Shown here piece by piece: positions 9,457-19,987 of a stretch of 64,000 bases of DNA. The stretch's first letter is position 1. The number at the start of each line of letters is the position of its first letter. Origin of the DNA: an uncultured virus (IMG/VR IMGVR_UViG_3300025135_000004) (taxonomy: Duplodnaviria; Heunggongvirae; Uroviricota; Caudoviricetes); the IMG/VR virus record IMGVR_UViG_3300025135_000004. One strand, given 5' to 3'. Under the pieces are notes generated by a model. It had not been told where the DNA came from. It made no database searches and was given only the letters and a program-made list of their open reading frames with translations. Position numbers and translations under genes: made by a program.

Positions 9457-12400
9457 TTATGAAACGATTGATGTGTCGTCCACAATAATACTCTGCATAT
9501 CTCTACCATTAAGTTTAAGATTAATTTCAATTTTCTTGGTTCCTCCACCACCTCCGCCTCCAGAAGTTTTAGTAAGTGCCGCAAGTGCTTCTGCAATTTT
9601 TTGAATTTGGTCTCCCATTCCACCGCCAAGCATTCCAGCCATTGCCATTGACCAAGAAAGGTCTTTAAGCATCTCAAGCTTCTCAAGGTCAAGACTATTT
9701 GCTGCAGCCTGAAGTTTTGTTAGGCCATCCGCAAATCTATCCATTCCATCAGCAGCCATAACCAATGATGCTCCAAGCGGAATCATGACAAGCGCTAAAG
9801 TTCCAAGCGTACCTATCATAGCAAACATACCAAGTAAGGTAAGTGGATTTAAAAACATCATACTTGCAAGAGAAAAGGCTATTAAACCTGGTACAGATGA
9901 CATTAGTGCAGAACCCATTCCAGAAATTCCCTCCCAATTAACTTCTGCCAACTTTTGAAATGCTACACCAGCTGCTAATAAACCAACTGAAGCAATCAAT
10001 AATGCTGCTCCAACCATTATTAAAGTCGCCACCCCAAGTAGTAAAAATAAAATTTGAGGACCCATCAATAACGCTCCCAATCCCATTAAACCAAGAACCA
10101 CAAGAGCTAAAACTCCCACTCCCGCTAATACGCTTAGCCAATCAACTCCTGTCATAATTTGAGCAGCAATCGCAAATGGTATTAAAGAAGCTCCAACTAA
10201 AATCAAAGCAATAGCACCCTTCGCTACACTACTAAAGTTATTGCCCAAAATAGACAACCCAGTGGATAATGCTTGAAATGCTGCAACAATTAATACACCA
10301 CCTAAACCTATTGGTATCATTAATGCAAGTGGTAATAATGCGGCAGAAAAAACAAGCAAGGCAGGTCCAGCTACAGCAATAGCAGCAATTCCTTTCCATA
10401 TATTTTTCTTATTTCCAAAAGATGCTATACCAGAAGATAGCGCCTTAAATCCAGCTTCCAACAAAGCTCCACCTGCTCCTATTGCTATCATTAAGCCAAG
10501 AGTTGGCATCCCTGGGAGCATCAATGCAAGCGCTGGACCAGCTAATGCCGTATTACCAATTCCTTTTAACACATTTTTACCACCCATCTTAGCAAGCCCC
10601 TGAGCAAGACTTGAAAGTCCTGATTTTCCATCAGATTTTGATGTCTCTCCACCTTTTTTTGACGCATTATTAGCGCTATCTTGTATTGATGACTGTCCAC
10701 CATCTTTAGAGCCCATGATTGCTCCCTTCAATTTTCCAACAATCCCTTCACCACTCGTAAATCCTTTTAGCATATTGAGCCCCATAGCAAGCTTTGGAGC
10801 GATTGCAACAAAACCTATGAGCGCAGCTGCTAAAAATTTGATTGGGCCTGGAGCTGAATTAAGAGCTTGAACCACCGATGTCAGAACATCAATAAATGGC
10901 TGAAATACTGTAAATAAATTCATAACAGCATCCTTAAATGCTGTGATACTATCATCAAATGATTGATTTTGCTTTGCCTGCTCCTCCAGAGTTGCTTGCT
11001 CATCTAACTTCTTTTGTATAAGTTGTGTTGCTTGGTCTGCCGTTAAATCTTCAAGACTACTAATCCCAGCCTTATCAAGAAGCCCACCCTCAAGAGCCTT
11101 TCCATTAACATCAACTGCATCAAGGAGCATGCTATTCATCAAGTCTTGGTCGAGGGGTTTTCCATCAGGACCAAGAACTTCTCCCATTTGCATATCAGGC
11201 ATGAAATCCATTTTCTTATTATCCTCAGCATTCTTCTGAATCATTTTTTGCATTGAGTCAAGAGATACACCTGTGGCATCAGCCATAATTTGAAGACGGT
11301 CAACATCAACTGGGTCAAATGTAAACTCTCCAGTCTTCTCATCAAACTTACCAATATCACCACCCATTGTCTTGAGTATGTTCTGTAATTCTCCAGGACC
11401 CTTACGAGCAGCAGATAAAAGGTCCATTGGGTTAACTTGAGCAAATGAACCACCTGCAAGCTGAAGTTCAGCAGCCATATCCATGGCCCCCTCAATTGAG
11501 CGTGCTCTCTGGCCCATGTCAAATATTTCGTCAACATTTAATCGAAGCCTCTCAGCTTCTGCAACCATCTTGGTCAATGATTCGACTCCTCCTTGGAATC
11601 CCATCTTACGCATCTTATCAAGATTCTTAGAAACACCCTCAAGAACCTTCTTGGTGTTAACTCCAAATATTTTCGCTGTCTTATTTGCTCCCTCCATAGC
11701 CGACTTTACATCTTCAGCAGAACTACCAGCCCTCATCATCTCCCCAGCTATTGTTGTTACTTCTTTAGAAGATACCCCAGTTGCCTTCTGAATTGCAACG
11801 AAGTGTTCTGTTGCAGAGGCAAGATATTGCGTATCAGTAGTCTTAAGTTCTTCGCCAAGTTCACCCATCATTTGAAGGGTATCTTTTGTTGACATACTAA
11901 ATTCAGCAGCCTTACTTGTAAGAGCTGCCATTTGGTCATACTTACCCTTAAACATAAGACCAAAATCTTTTTGAGCATCCTTGAAGAGTTGGTTGTTCTG
12001 CTTCATACCGCTCCAAATAGATTTTATTGCATTTCCTGAGTTTTTTTCAACCATGCTCCAAAGAGTCTTTGAAATAGAAATCTGATTAGTCATCTGATTT
12101 GACTGCTCCTGAACTAATTTGTTCATATTAGTCTGTGACTCTATACGTCTATCATCAAGAGCAACTAATTGTTCTTTGAGCTTAACATTGGCTGATTCTG
12201 ATGTAATAATCGAATCGACCAATTGTTTTTCTCCAGACATCATATCGTTAAGGGCTTTTTGAACCTCCACAGCATCATTCATGTTGATTGGGAGTTCTCC
12301 AAGCAATGCCACAATCTCTGTATTTTTATCTAAAAAATCATCAAGATTTTCTTGAGTTAACTTTGCAGCTGATTTTTCACTCTTATGAAATTCCTCCTTT

Positions 12401-12858
12401 AACTTTGTTAGTTCATTAAACTCCTTAAGTTGCTCACCTGATAGCTTACCCTGGTCCTTACTTAATTCGCTTATTTTTTTGTTTACATCTTCAATACTAC
12501 TTAAATCTTTGTATACTTTATCAAATTTAAGTTCTTTGATTGTTTTTGAAAACACAGATGATTGGTCAACTGAATTTTTTAAAGCATCACTAATTCCATA
12601 AGTCTTATCAATTAATGAACCTATTTCTTTTGATTGTTCTTGAATTGCTTTCTTAGAGTCATTGATTAACCTTGCCTCCTCTCTCCTTTGGGTATTAGAT
12701 TTCTCTATTTGTTGTATAAAACCAGCAAATGCAACCCCAGTAATATCAGCCAATCCCTTGACCGCACTCTCTTGAGCTTTAATCTTTTTATTTACAGCAT
12801 CAAGTGAGTCTTGATAAAGTTTTGCTGCTTTTATTTTATCGTCAAAATTATCTGCCAC
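9457..12858 (-). CDS. Tail tape measure protein
   Basis: 1133 aa; helical coiled-coil N-terminal half, Ala/Gly/Leu-rich hydrophobic repeats in the C-terminal half, and C-terminal IEINLKLNGR motif; directly upstream of baseplate genes. Confidence 0.8.
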   Translation of the reverse strand: MADNFDDKIKAAKLYQDSLDAVNKKIKAQESAVKGLADITGVAFAGFIQQIEKSNTQRREEARLINDSKKAIQEQSKEIGSLIDKTYGISDALKNSVDQSSVFSKTIKELKFDKVYKDLSSIEDVNKKISELSKDQGKLSGEQLKEFNELTKLKEEFHKSEKSAAKLTQENLDDFLDKNTEIVALLGELPINMNDAVEVQKALNDMMSGEKQLVDSIITSESANVKLKEQLVALDDRRIESQTNMNKLVQEQSNQMTNQISISKTLWSMVEKNSGNAIKSIWSGMKQNNQLFKDAQKDFGLMFKGKYDQMAALTSKAAEFSMSTKDTLQMMGELGEELKTTDTQYLASATEHFVAIQKATGVSSKEVTTIAGEMMRAGSSAEDVKSAMEGANKTAKIFGVNTKKVLEGVSKNLDKMRKMGFQGGVESLTKMVAEAERLRLNVDEIFDMGQRARSIEGAMDMAAELQLAGGSFAQVNPMDLLSAARKGPGELQNILKTMGGDIGKFDEKTGEFTFDPVDVDRLQIMADATGVSLDSMQKMIQKNAEDNKKMDFMPDMQMGEVLGPDGKPLDQDLMNSMLLDAVDVNGKALEGGLLDKAGISSLEDLTADQATQLIQKKLDEQATLEEQAKQNQSFDDSITAFKDAVMNLFTVFQPFIDVLTSVVQALNSAPGPIKFLAAALIGFVAIAPKLAMGLNMLKGFTSGEGIVGKLKGAIMGSKDGGQSSIQDSANNASKKGGETSKSDGKSGLSSLAQGLAKMGGKNVLKGIGNTALAGPALALMLPGMPTLGLMIAIGAGGALLEAGFKALSSGIASFGNKKNIWKGIAAIAVAGPALLVFSAALLPLALMIPIGLGGVLIVAAFQALSTGLSILGNNFSSVAKGAIALILVGASLIPFAIAAQIMTGVDWLSVLAGVGVLALVVLGLMGLGALLMGPQILFLLLGVATLIMVGAALLIASVGLLAAGVAFQKLAEVNWEGISGMGSALMSSVPGLIAFSLASMMFLNPLTLLGMFAMIGTLGTLALVMIPLGASLVMAADGMDRFADGLTKLQAAANSLDLEKLEMLKDLSWSMAMAGMLGGGMGDQIQKIAEALAALTKTSGGGGGGGTKKIEINLKLNGRDMQSIIVDDTSIVS

Positions 12859-12945
12859 AATTCAATTTTATTATAAATAGACGAAAACAAAAAAACCAAG
12901 CTATCGCCTGGTTTAATATAATAAAATTAATGGAGTAATATAAAG

Positions 12946-12982
12946 AAAAAAAGCCACTCTAAATTTAGAGTGGCTTTTTTTT
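12946..12982. terminator. Intrinsic terminator (bidirectional-type)
   Basis: A-tract, AGCCACTCTA-AATT-TAGAGTGGCT perfect hairpin, T-tract. Confidence 0.8.
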
Positions 12983-13460
12983 ATTTTTTCATTATGTCAT
13001 TGTATACTTTCGTTGGACTTGAAGCTCCATATTTAGCATCAAAACCTTGTTGAGCAGACTTCATCACATCCATATGGCCATAAACACGCATAGCATCCAA
13101 ATGAGAGGTCTTTTCTAATATTTCTGCTGCCTCAGTAGGACTTGAAACACTCATTTGACCATTTCTAAATTGAATTGCTTGGTCAAGAGCACTTGGGCTT
13201 GGTGCATTATCTGGACTTGTCGTTCCAAACATGGCACCAAGAGATAAGAATGTTGGAACTCCGAAAGGAACGAAAAAACCCCAAAACATACTTATTCCAT
13301 AAGACTTAAGTAATCGTTCAATTTCAGTAGGGTCAAGGCTTCCGTAAATCATATACATTAGCCCGAAGTATGCAAAAAAAGCAAGTGCTGAAAATCTAAT
13401 TGGAATCATCCAATACCACAAATACAATAAGGTTAACAATTTTTTGATTACGGTTTTCAT
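12981..13460 (-). CDS. Hypothetical membrane protein
   Basis: 159 aa with two hydrophobic N-terminal segments. Confidence 0.6.
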   Translation of the reverse strand: MKTVIKKLLTLLYLWYWMIPIRFSALAFFAYFGLMYMIYGSLDPTEIERLLKSYGISMFWGFFVPFGVPTFLSLGAMFGTTSPDNAPSPSALDQAIQFRNGQMSVSSPTEAAEILEKTSHLDAMRVYGHMDVMKSAQQGFDAKYGASSPTKVYNDIMKK

Positions 13461-13503
13461 AACATTTTTATTTATTGGTTCTATCTTGTTATACGCAAGA
13501 TAT

Positions 13504-15033
13504 TTAAAAATGTTTCAAATTTTCTGATAAAATATCTTTTATTATACTCCTAACACTTGAGGATTCGGCAAATTTCATCTTTGCAGCTGTTCCAGATTTT
13601 GGTGCAGCCGACTTTTGGGCTGCAGCAGACTGACCCTCTTGCTCTTTTACTCCAAGAAGCGCTTTTAGCCTATCTTTAATCATCTGCTTAGCAATCGTGT
13701 CCTCAACATCAAAAATGCCCTTTTCAGCCCCAGTTTTTCTAACTCTTCTAACCATTGTGTTTACAAAGCTCTTCAAGAAACTCTCGATGCCATTTAATGC
13801 ATTAACTATATCTTTATCAAGATTTTTAACATCAACTTTTTCATCTTTTCCGATTATAGATGCAAGAAAATTATAATTAGCTGGAGCTCCTGATAATACA
13901 CCATTGTCTTTGGCTGACTTAATTTGTTTTATGTATGAGTTAATCCACCCTTGCTGCAATAATCCAATGATGTTATTATACTCATTCTGAAGTGCTGGTG
14001 TTGGAAAGTTAAAATAAATACTTGTCTCTGAACCGCCTTTTCTTGGAATTTTATCAATACCGAGAAAAGAAAGATTAGATAATTCATAACTAACCTGCTT
14101 CTTAGAAAGGTCTGCTGGTGTTTCTTGAGGAATTTCCCCTTGTTTCTCTACAGTCTTTTTACCATACTCAGTATCATCTGTAACCATCACTTTAACAATA
14201 GGAGAATTAAACTTCAATCCAAATGAATTTGTAAATAAAGCAGGAACCCTGTTATTACTCAGTGTTGTAAGCTGGATAAACTCTCCTTCGTTATTACCCC
14301 TAATTGCTGACCACTTAAGTGGAATCCTAAATTCCTCTCCCGTAGTTCCATTTTTTATTCTATATTCAAAATTTGAGCTTGTTTCATCCAACCTCTTAAG
14401 AACAGTAACCTCATGGGCAGTACCATCCTCCATTTCCATTATAATTTTTCTTCCAGGAATTACAGCGATAATGTTAAATTTGAACTGGTTTTGATTCATA
14501 GTCTGAATATTCTTAAATCCAAGAATTGTTTCAGATTCATTTGTTGTTCCATTAACAAAATAGTGTGGACTTGGGAGCCAAGTGCTATCTATAAATTTGC
14601 CACCATTGAAATAAGCCTTGTTGCCATTCTTCACGCCAAACTCAGCTTTTATAAAAGCTCTACCACCAAAATTTCCTGAATACCAGTTTTTGCCCACAAA
14701 TCGGTCAACACCCCCCTCTTTAATTTGCATCATCTCAGCAATAAAATCAGCATTAACCAACCACTTAAGACCTGGGCTATTCCAATCTTGATTTGTAAAT
14801 GCAGCATATCCTGGAAGAGGCTTTTCAACAACACTTCCAGTAGACTTAAATTCTACACTCCAGTTTGGATATATCTTTACGACATCATCTTCATACATCA
14901 ATCCGCTGGCATTCAAGTTTCCTCTATCACCAACCTTTGGCTCCTTCTTTTTTCCAAAACCAAAAAGCTCTTGGAAGATAGCATCATTGCTCTCTCTTAA
15001 GTTCTGAAGATTTTTAGACTGGTTATTCATCAA
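13504..15033 (-). CDS. Hypothetical (probably virion) protein
   Basis: 509-aa ORF with TATTTATT motif upstream; LRE/ILSE motifs. Confidence 0.6.
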   Translation of the reverse strand: MMNNQSKNLQNLRESNDAIFQELFGFGKKKEPKVGDRGNLNASGLMYEDDVVKIYPNWSVEFKSTGSVVEKPLPGYAAFTNQDWNSPGLKWLVNADFIAEMMQIKEGGVDRFVGKNWYSGNFGGRAFIKAEFGVKNGNKAYFNGGKFIDSTWLPSPHYFVNGTTNESETILGFKNIQTMNQNQFKFNIIAVIPGRKIIMEMEDGTAHEVTVLKRLDETSSNFEYRIKNGTTGEEFRIPLKWSAIRGNNEGEFIQLTTLSNNRVPALFTNSFGLKFNSPIVKVMVTDDTEYGKKTVEKQGEIPQETPADLSKKQVSYELSNLSFLGIDKIPRKGGSETSIYFNFPTPALQNEYNNIIGLLQQGWINSYIKQIKSAKDNGVLSGAPANYNFLASIIGKDEKVDVKNLDKDIVNALNGIESFLKSFVNTMVRRVRKTGAEKGIFDVEDTIAKQMIKDRLKALLGVKEQEGQSAAAQKSAAPKSGTAAKMKFAESSSVRSIIKDILSENLKHF

Positions 15034-15077
15034 AAAGGTAGTTTTATAATAAATAGGTCTTTTTTTTAAATAATCTC

Positions 15078-16163
15078 TTATCTACCCCCACCTTTTGACT
15101 TAGCTTTTGCAGCTCTATGAGCTTTCTCTTCCGCCTCCTTCTTCTTGGTCAGCTCTTCATTTATTCTATTCAATAACCACCTTCTCTCGGTAACAGACAT
15201 TTTCTTTGCATATTCAAGACTAACGCCCTTCCCATAGTAAGATACCAAGAAGCACTCCTCTTCGACATTCTCCCTAAACGATGCTGGAAATGATAGGAAA
15301 CTGTGAGCACCTCCCATATTATAGCTATTATCCTTACCACAAGAACTACAGTTGTGTCGAATAACCGCATCAACTCCAGGTATAGCTTTCTCAAGAAATT
15401 TTTTGACTCTTCTTATCTCAGGCAACTTCATCTTCCTAATTACTTGAGCTATAATATTTTTGTCCTCACATCCATTTATAGATTGAGTCATATATATTAT
15501 TCTATCCAAACCGCTTACCTTAGCCCTTGTCATTCCAACGTCTTCAAAATAAGTGAGCGGCTTGAACATGAACACAAGCTCTGTTCCATCCAGGAGCATT
15601 GGTATGAGACCATTTTCTGGAGCCACAACAATGTCCTTCATCTGAAATGCCGATAGCCTAACGGGAACTTCTTCCTTAAATCCGCAGTGAGTGCAGTCAA
15701 ATTCTAAGTCAAACTTATCTCCATATGCAAATGAGCGAAGAAATAGGCCAATTGCCTGAACATCTCCCGCCAGCAATTCTGTCGGCTTTACATTCTGCTC
15801 TACAAGAATATTCTTGAGAACAAACTCCATAGCCTTCCCAGATTCCACAAGAAATTCACTGGTGAGGAGATTTTCCTCAACATAAGTCAGTTGATTTAGG
15901 AGGAGATAGTTTTCTTTGCTTGGATAAAAAAGGCCTCTTGAGGGTATGAATAACATCTCAAAAGGCCTCTCTATGTGTTTATCCTTTTTTTCTTGCTGGA
16001 TTAATGCAGAAAGCTTTCTTACTTCATCTGTATTCTCACTAAACTTTTTGCTCAGCTCATCAACAGATTCCATAAGTTTGTTGGCATCCTTATTGCCTTC
16101 TACTACCTTCTTTAAATCATCAATAGACTTAATTATATTATCCTCTTGATGATTATCTGACAT
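15078..16163 (-). CDS. gp26-like baseplate hub assembly protein fused to a gp51-like C-terminal domain
   Basis: IPSRGLFYP, LTYVEENLL, CxxC...CxxC; C-terminal extension MSVTERRWLLNRINEE. Confidence 0.65.
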   Translation of the reverse strand: MSDNHQEDNIIKSIDDLKKVVEGNKDANKLMESVDELSKKFSENTDEVRKLSALIQQEKKDKHIERPFEMLFIPSRGLFYPSKENYLLLNQLTYVEENLLTSEFLVESGKAMEFVLKNILVEQNVKPTELLAGDVQAIGLFLRSFAYGDKFDLEFDCTHCGFKEEVPVRLSAFQMKDIVVAPENGLIPMLLDGTELVFMFKPLTYFEDVGMTRAKVSGLDRIIYMTQSINGCEDKNIIAQVIRKMKLPEIRRVKKFLEKAIPGVDAVIRHNCSSCGKDNSYNMGGAHSFLSFPASFRENVEEECFLVSYYGKGVSLEYAKKMSVTERRWLLNRINEELTKKKEAEEKAHRAAKAKSKGGGR

Positions 16164-16164
16164 A

Positions 16165-17097
16165 TTAATTTTCTAAATCTGGATAGAACAACTTAGGCGT
16201 AATTGGAATATCTCTTGAATCAACATGACCACAGTTTGGACAATCGAAATCATAAGAAAGGTCCAATCCTGGTTCAATTCTCCTAACGTACTCTCTGAAG
16301 AAAGCAGAATCCTTCATAGGCATAATGCTAATGAATTTTTTGATGTGCAACTTATCCCTATTACCATTAACTTCCATAATTTGCATTACATACTTCTCGG
16401 TAATAAGTTTTGAAACTTTGACTCCACCAGCACTATTACCCTTAGCTTCAGATAATTTAGATAACCTTTTCTCGTCTTTACCTGTAAGAAGTCTGAATTT
16501 GATATTTGCCTTAATTATAGGCAGTTGAACATCATACTCACCTGCTGAATCTGGCATAATCTCAAGGTCCTTAGACGAAAGTCTATCAAGGTCAATAACT
16601 GGCGTATGCGCCTGACCACAAGATGGACATGAAATCTCCCCTGGAACGTAATCTGTTCCAAGACCAGTTTTTCTCATTTCAATTAAAAGAAAGTTTCTGT
16701 CGCCAGAAAGCATATCTTCTGGTCGAAGGTCTTTATCCATAACAGCTTTATCAAGAAGAACATCCAATACTCTACCTGACTTAATTAGGTCTGGAGAAAA
16801 AAGAATATCATCTTCCTCAGCAGTAAGATACTTAAGTGTTACAGAAGATTTATTATTTTGGTAAAATACACCCTTTGAAGGTAGGCTTACAGTTTCTGTT
16901 GGAACCTGGAATTCTGTCTCAAGATACTGTTGAGGGATATTGTGTTCTTTAGCTATATCTTGAGCAGTTCTCTCAACCCTCTCAGTCACATTCGAGCTCT
17001 CTTCTTCGTTGGTGGGAATATTTGCTCCGACATTAACTGGTTCAGGTCTTTGATTTTTTTCGGAGTTACCTCCTAAAACGATTGGTTCGTTATCCAT
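16165..17097 (-). CDS. gp26-like baseplate hub assembly protein
   Basis: VSLPSKGVFY, LKYLTAEEDDIL, GDRNFLLI, CPSCG...CPNCG, C-terminal ITPKLFYP. Confidence 0.75.
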   Translation of the reverse strand: MDNEPIVLGGNSEKNQRPEPVNVGANIPTNEEESSNVTERVERTAQDIAKEHNIPQQYLETEFQVPTETVSLPSKGVFYQNNKSSVTLKYLTAEEDDILFSPDLIKSGRVLDVLLDKAVMDKDLRPEDMLSGDRNFLLIEMRKTGLGTDYVPGEISCPSCGQAHTPVIDLDRLSSKDLEIMPDSAGEYDVQLPIIKANIKFRLLTGKDEKRLSKLSEAKGNSAGGVKVSKLITEKYVMQIMEVNGNRDKLHIKKFISIMPMKDSAFFREYVRRIEPGLDLSYDFDCPNCGHVDSRDIPITPKLFYPDLEN

Positions 17098-17175
17098 ATT
17101 TATTAGTTTTATGATTTCTAATAAATATAATGGTAAAAAAAAATAAAGTAAATAGAAAAACTTTTTTTGTTTTCC

Positions 17176-17544
17176 TTATGTTTGAGATTGAACCTGGCTC
17201 TGTGACACACTTTGTGTCTGAGACTGCTCATCAGATTGAGGTTGATTTTGTTGCATCTGCATAATGGCAAGTTGTGACTGCTTAGCCATTTCAAGTTCTT
17301 TCTTGGATAGTTCAAGTCTGTCCCTGGTTATATCCATCTTTGTAATCCTTGCTTTTTTTTCATCTGGGTCAAGACCGCCAACTCTCACATCATTTTGCCT
17401 AAACTTTAGCTCAGCTTCAAGGGCCTTGATTTGCTCTTCATTAGACTTAATCATTTCCTTGCTAAGCTTTACTGGGTCTTCTCCAATTTCTTGCATAACC
17501 CTATACACCTCTTCTCTTATTATATTTCTAAGTGAATCATTCAT
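17176..17544 (-). CDS. Hypothetical coiled-coil (probably head-internal) protein
   Basis: N-terminal LRNIIREEV motif; Gln-rich tail. Confidence 0.55.
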   Translation of the reverse strand: MNDSLRNIIREEVYRVMQEIGEDPVKLSKEMIKSNEEQIKALEAELKFRQNDVRVGGLDPDEKKARITKMDITRDRLELSKKELEMAKQSQLAIMQMQQNQPQSDEQSQTQSVSQSQVQSQT

Positions 17545-18016
17545 TTGTCAACAATTTTTTAAATCTAATCTTCTGTTCTTTATAGTCATTTTTGAGCTCA
17601 TATTCCCAAACTCTCTCTAACTGAAAACCTCTTCCTTTCGCCAGAATATCTTTGAATACATCATTTCTCATATTCCTCAACTGCATCTTATTTAAGTCCT
17701 TAGACTCATATATAAGTGGATTTCCATGGAAATAATCTCCATCTATCTCAATTATCATATTTTTAGATGGTATGTAGAAATCAAATATCTTGTTTTCAAT
17801 AATCTTTTGAGTTTCAAATTCCACACCCAACTCATTCATCATACTGGCAAATATTCTCTCTGGCTCTGTCATTTTATTTGACATCTTATTGGCCATCCTA
17901 ATAAGTTTTTTCTCCTTTTTTAGCTTTGCCGCAGCTGGATTGGCACTTGCTATGGTTTTAGCCATTGCTTTTTTTACCAACTTACCATATAAACTTTTCT
18001 TTGGCATATTATGCAA
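17537..18016 (-). CDS. DUF559/Vsr-like PD-(D/E)XK endonuclease
   Basis: TEPERIF...FDFYIP..NMIIEIDGDYFH...RVWEYE pattern. Confidence 0.7.
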   Translation of the reverse strand: MHNMPKKSLYGKLVKKAMAKTIASANPAAAKLKKEKKLIRMANKMSNKMTEPERIFASMMNELGVEFETQKIIENKIFDFYIPSKNMIIEIDGDYFHGNPLIYESKDLNKMQLRNMRNDVFKDILAKGRGFQLERVWEYELKNDYKEQKIRFKKLLTNE

Positions 18017-18791
18017 ATCCTATTGCAGGCAAAGCTGTCTGCATAACGGCAAGCGCTTTTTCCCCAAGTTCTGCACCCTTTACTCCAGTAAGTAATCCTG
18101 GGTGAGCAAGTCCTCCTGCAAATAAAATAGCAACACCACCCATAAAAATACCATCCGCAGCCTTATGAAGTTGCTCTGGAGTGGCATTCGGCATAAAAGG
18201 CTTCAAAGCCTTCTCGATTACAGAGATATATTTATGATGAAGCTTTTCTCCAGCCTCTGCAGTCTTTCCTCCCCACTTCTGAAGCCATGCGGAATCCATT
18301 TTCTTGCCTATCCACTGAGAAGCTTTTCCTCCGTATTTCAAAATTGCTGGAGCTGATGCGGCAAGACCAAGAAGACCCCCTTCATTAAGTTCTCCCTCAT
18401 CCATGCATTCAAAAAACTTTGCCTCATTAAATGTAATCTCATTTACTTTTCCCTCTTGAATTGGTTGACCCCCTGGTTGTGCTGATGGCTGTCCAGCAAC
18501 TGCTCCATCTTGATTATCATATACGCCTGGAGCGTCAATCACGCCATCCTTATCTCCAGAATTTTTTGCAAAATTAGCAAGAAGTCCAGGTAGCTTATTA
18601 ATCATGGTTTGCATAGCCTGGTCCATTGTGGCATCAATGTTTTGCGCTATTTTTTGGTCTCTCTGCGGGTCTGCAGCAACTTGTTGCTGAGCAGGAGCTG
18701 CAGGAGCTGTTGGTGCCTCATTAATTCTATTCTCAATAAGATTTTTCATCTTATTAAAAGACTCTTCTATTAACTTCTTTTTGTTGCTCAT
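18009..18791 (-). CDS. Hypothetical virion protein
   Basis: Late motif upstream; LIEE/INE/LNE motifs; hydrophobic C-terminus. Confidence 0.55.
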   Translation of the reverse strand: MSNKKKLIEESFNKMKNLIENRINEAPTAPAAPAQQQVAADPQRDQKIAQNIDATMDQAMQTMINKLPGLLANFAKNSGDKDGVIDAPGVYDNQDGAVAGQPSAQPGGQPIQEGKVNEITFNEAKFFECMDEGELNEGGLLGLAASAPAILKYGGKASQWIGKKMDSAWLQKWGGKTAEAGEKLHHKYISVIEKALKPFMPNATPEQLHKAADGIFMGGVAILFAGGLAHPGLLTGVKGAELGEKALAVMQTALPAIGFA

Positions 18792-18911
18792 ATAAATAAC
18801 TTTCTAATAAATATGGAAGAAAAAGACTTTTATTTGAAGAAAGGTCTGTTTTTTGCAAAAAAATAGAATATATACAATAAAGAGACAACCCACATAAATC
18901 TATCTTAAAGC

Positions 18912-19082
18912 ATGAAAAACATCTTAGCAAAATTTAATGATGATTCAATAGAGGTAATCAAAGAATTAACTGAAGACAACAAGAAGTTTACTGGATTAAT
19001 TGAAAAACTACAAAATTCAATAAGTATTATAGAAAACAAGGTAGAATTATCAAATTTTTTAACTCAAAAAATAAAAAAATAA
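18912..19082 (+). CDS. Small hypothetical protein (56 aa, not in ORF track)
   Basis: ATG 18912 MKNILAKFNDDSIEVIKELTED... to TAA 19080-19082, 1 nt before the next ATG. Confidence 0.55.
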   Translation: MKNILAKFNDDSIEVIKELTEDNKKFTGLIEKLQNSISIIENKVELSNFLTQKIKK

Positions 19083-19083
19083 C

Positions 19084-19491
19084 ATGGCAAGTCCCGATAG
19101 TAATATTATAATTTTACAGCAATTGCAAAAGATGGAAGATAAACTTGACAACTTAGCTACAGCGCTTCATGATACAAATCTTGAAATGACTCGAATAGGA
19201 GGGATGAAACATGCTCTTCAGGACTTAAAAAATTGGAAAGAGAATGTGGAGAGCGTTGTAAATCCAGAAGACTTAAGAGAAATGAAGAGGGCTCTTCAAG
19301 AAATTAAAATTTCAAGCGAAGAAATAGATAGGCTTGAGATTGAGCTCAAGGAAATTAAATTAGAAAAGGCAAAGGATAGATTAGAGCTGGAGGACTTAAA
19401 GACTTTTAAAATCAAAGCAAAAACAGTTGTTGCCATATTAACCATCATATTTTCTACCGCTATAACAGTTGTTGGCTGGTTTGCTTCTTAG
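19084..19491 (+). CDS. Coiled-coil protein with C-terminal transmembrane helix (possible holin-like/membrane protein)
   Basis: Heptad-rich sequence ending VVAILTIIFSTAITVVGWF. Confidence 0.55.
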   Translation: MASPDSNIIILQQLQKMEDKLDNLATALHDTNLEMTRIGGMKHALQDLKNWKENVESVVNPEDLREMKRALQEIKISSEEIDRLEIELKEIKLEKAKDRLELEDLKTFKIKAKTVVAILTIIFSTAITVVGWFAS

Positions 19492-19951
19492 ACGCTTTCT
19501 TAGCCATCTCATCAACCATTGTAATATATCTGGTGCTATTTCTCTTGACGTGAAAAAAAGTTACGTCAAATCCTATAATTGAATTTATTGCTTTTTCCCA
19601 GGCATCACGATTTTCTACTGGGTTTAATTTGCTATTCAGCCAACCATTTGAATTCCACTTATCATACCACCTATCCTTAAAGCAATTAATTACATAAGCA
19701 CTATCTGAGTATAAAATCACCTTCTCACCAGCCTTATAACTCCTAAGTGCCTCAAAAGCTTCTGCAACAGCAATTATTTCCATCTCCTGATTAGTGGTTC
19801 CATTTTTAGAATCAGAATTAGACAACACAATCTCCATATCTTTGCCATCTTCTTGGTCAAGAACTACATAGGCCCAACCACCTACTCCATAAGCAATCCC
19901 GTTATCTCTTAGATTTTCTTTGCAAGCTCCATCTGTATATATAGTTATCAT
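19460..19951 (-). CDS. rnhA: Ribonuclease HI
   Basis: IYTDGAC, GGWAYV, TTNQEMEI, LYSDSAYV, W..NGW, VENRDAW, VDEMA. Confidence 0.9.
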   Translation of the reverse strand: MITIYTDGACKENLRDNGIAYGVGGWAYVVLDQEDGKDMEIVLSNSDSKNGTTNQEMEIIAVAEAFEALRSYKAGEKVILYSDSAYVINCFKDRWYDKWNSNGWLNSKLNPVENRDAWEKAINSIIGFDVTFFHVKRNSTRYITMVDEMAKKASKKQTSQQLL

Positions 19952-19987
19952 TAGCTAAAATCCTTTAAATTAATTGATTCTATATCT

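Noticed and set aside
13486..13500. GCGTATAA upstream of the 12981..13460 gene as a third promoter class (similar CGTATAA at 45971)
   Set aside because: Only two instances were noticed, which is too few in AT-rich DNA
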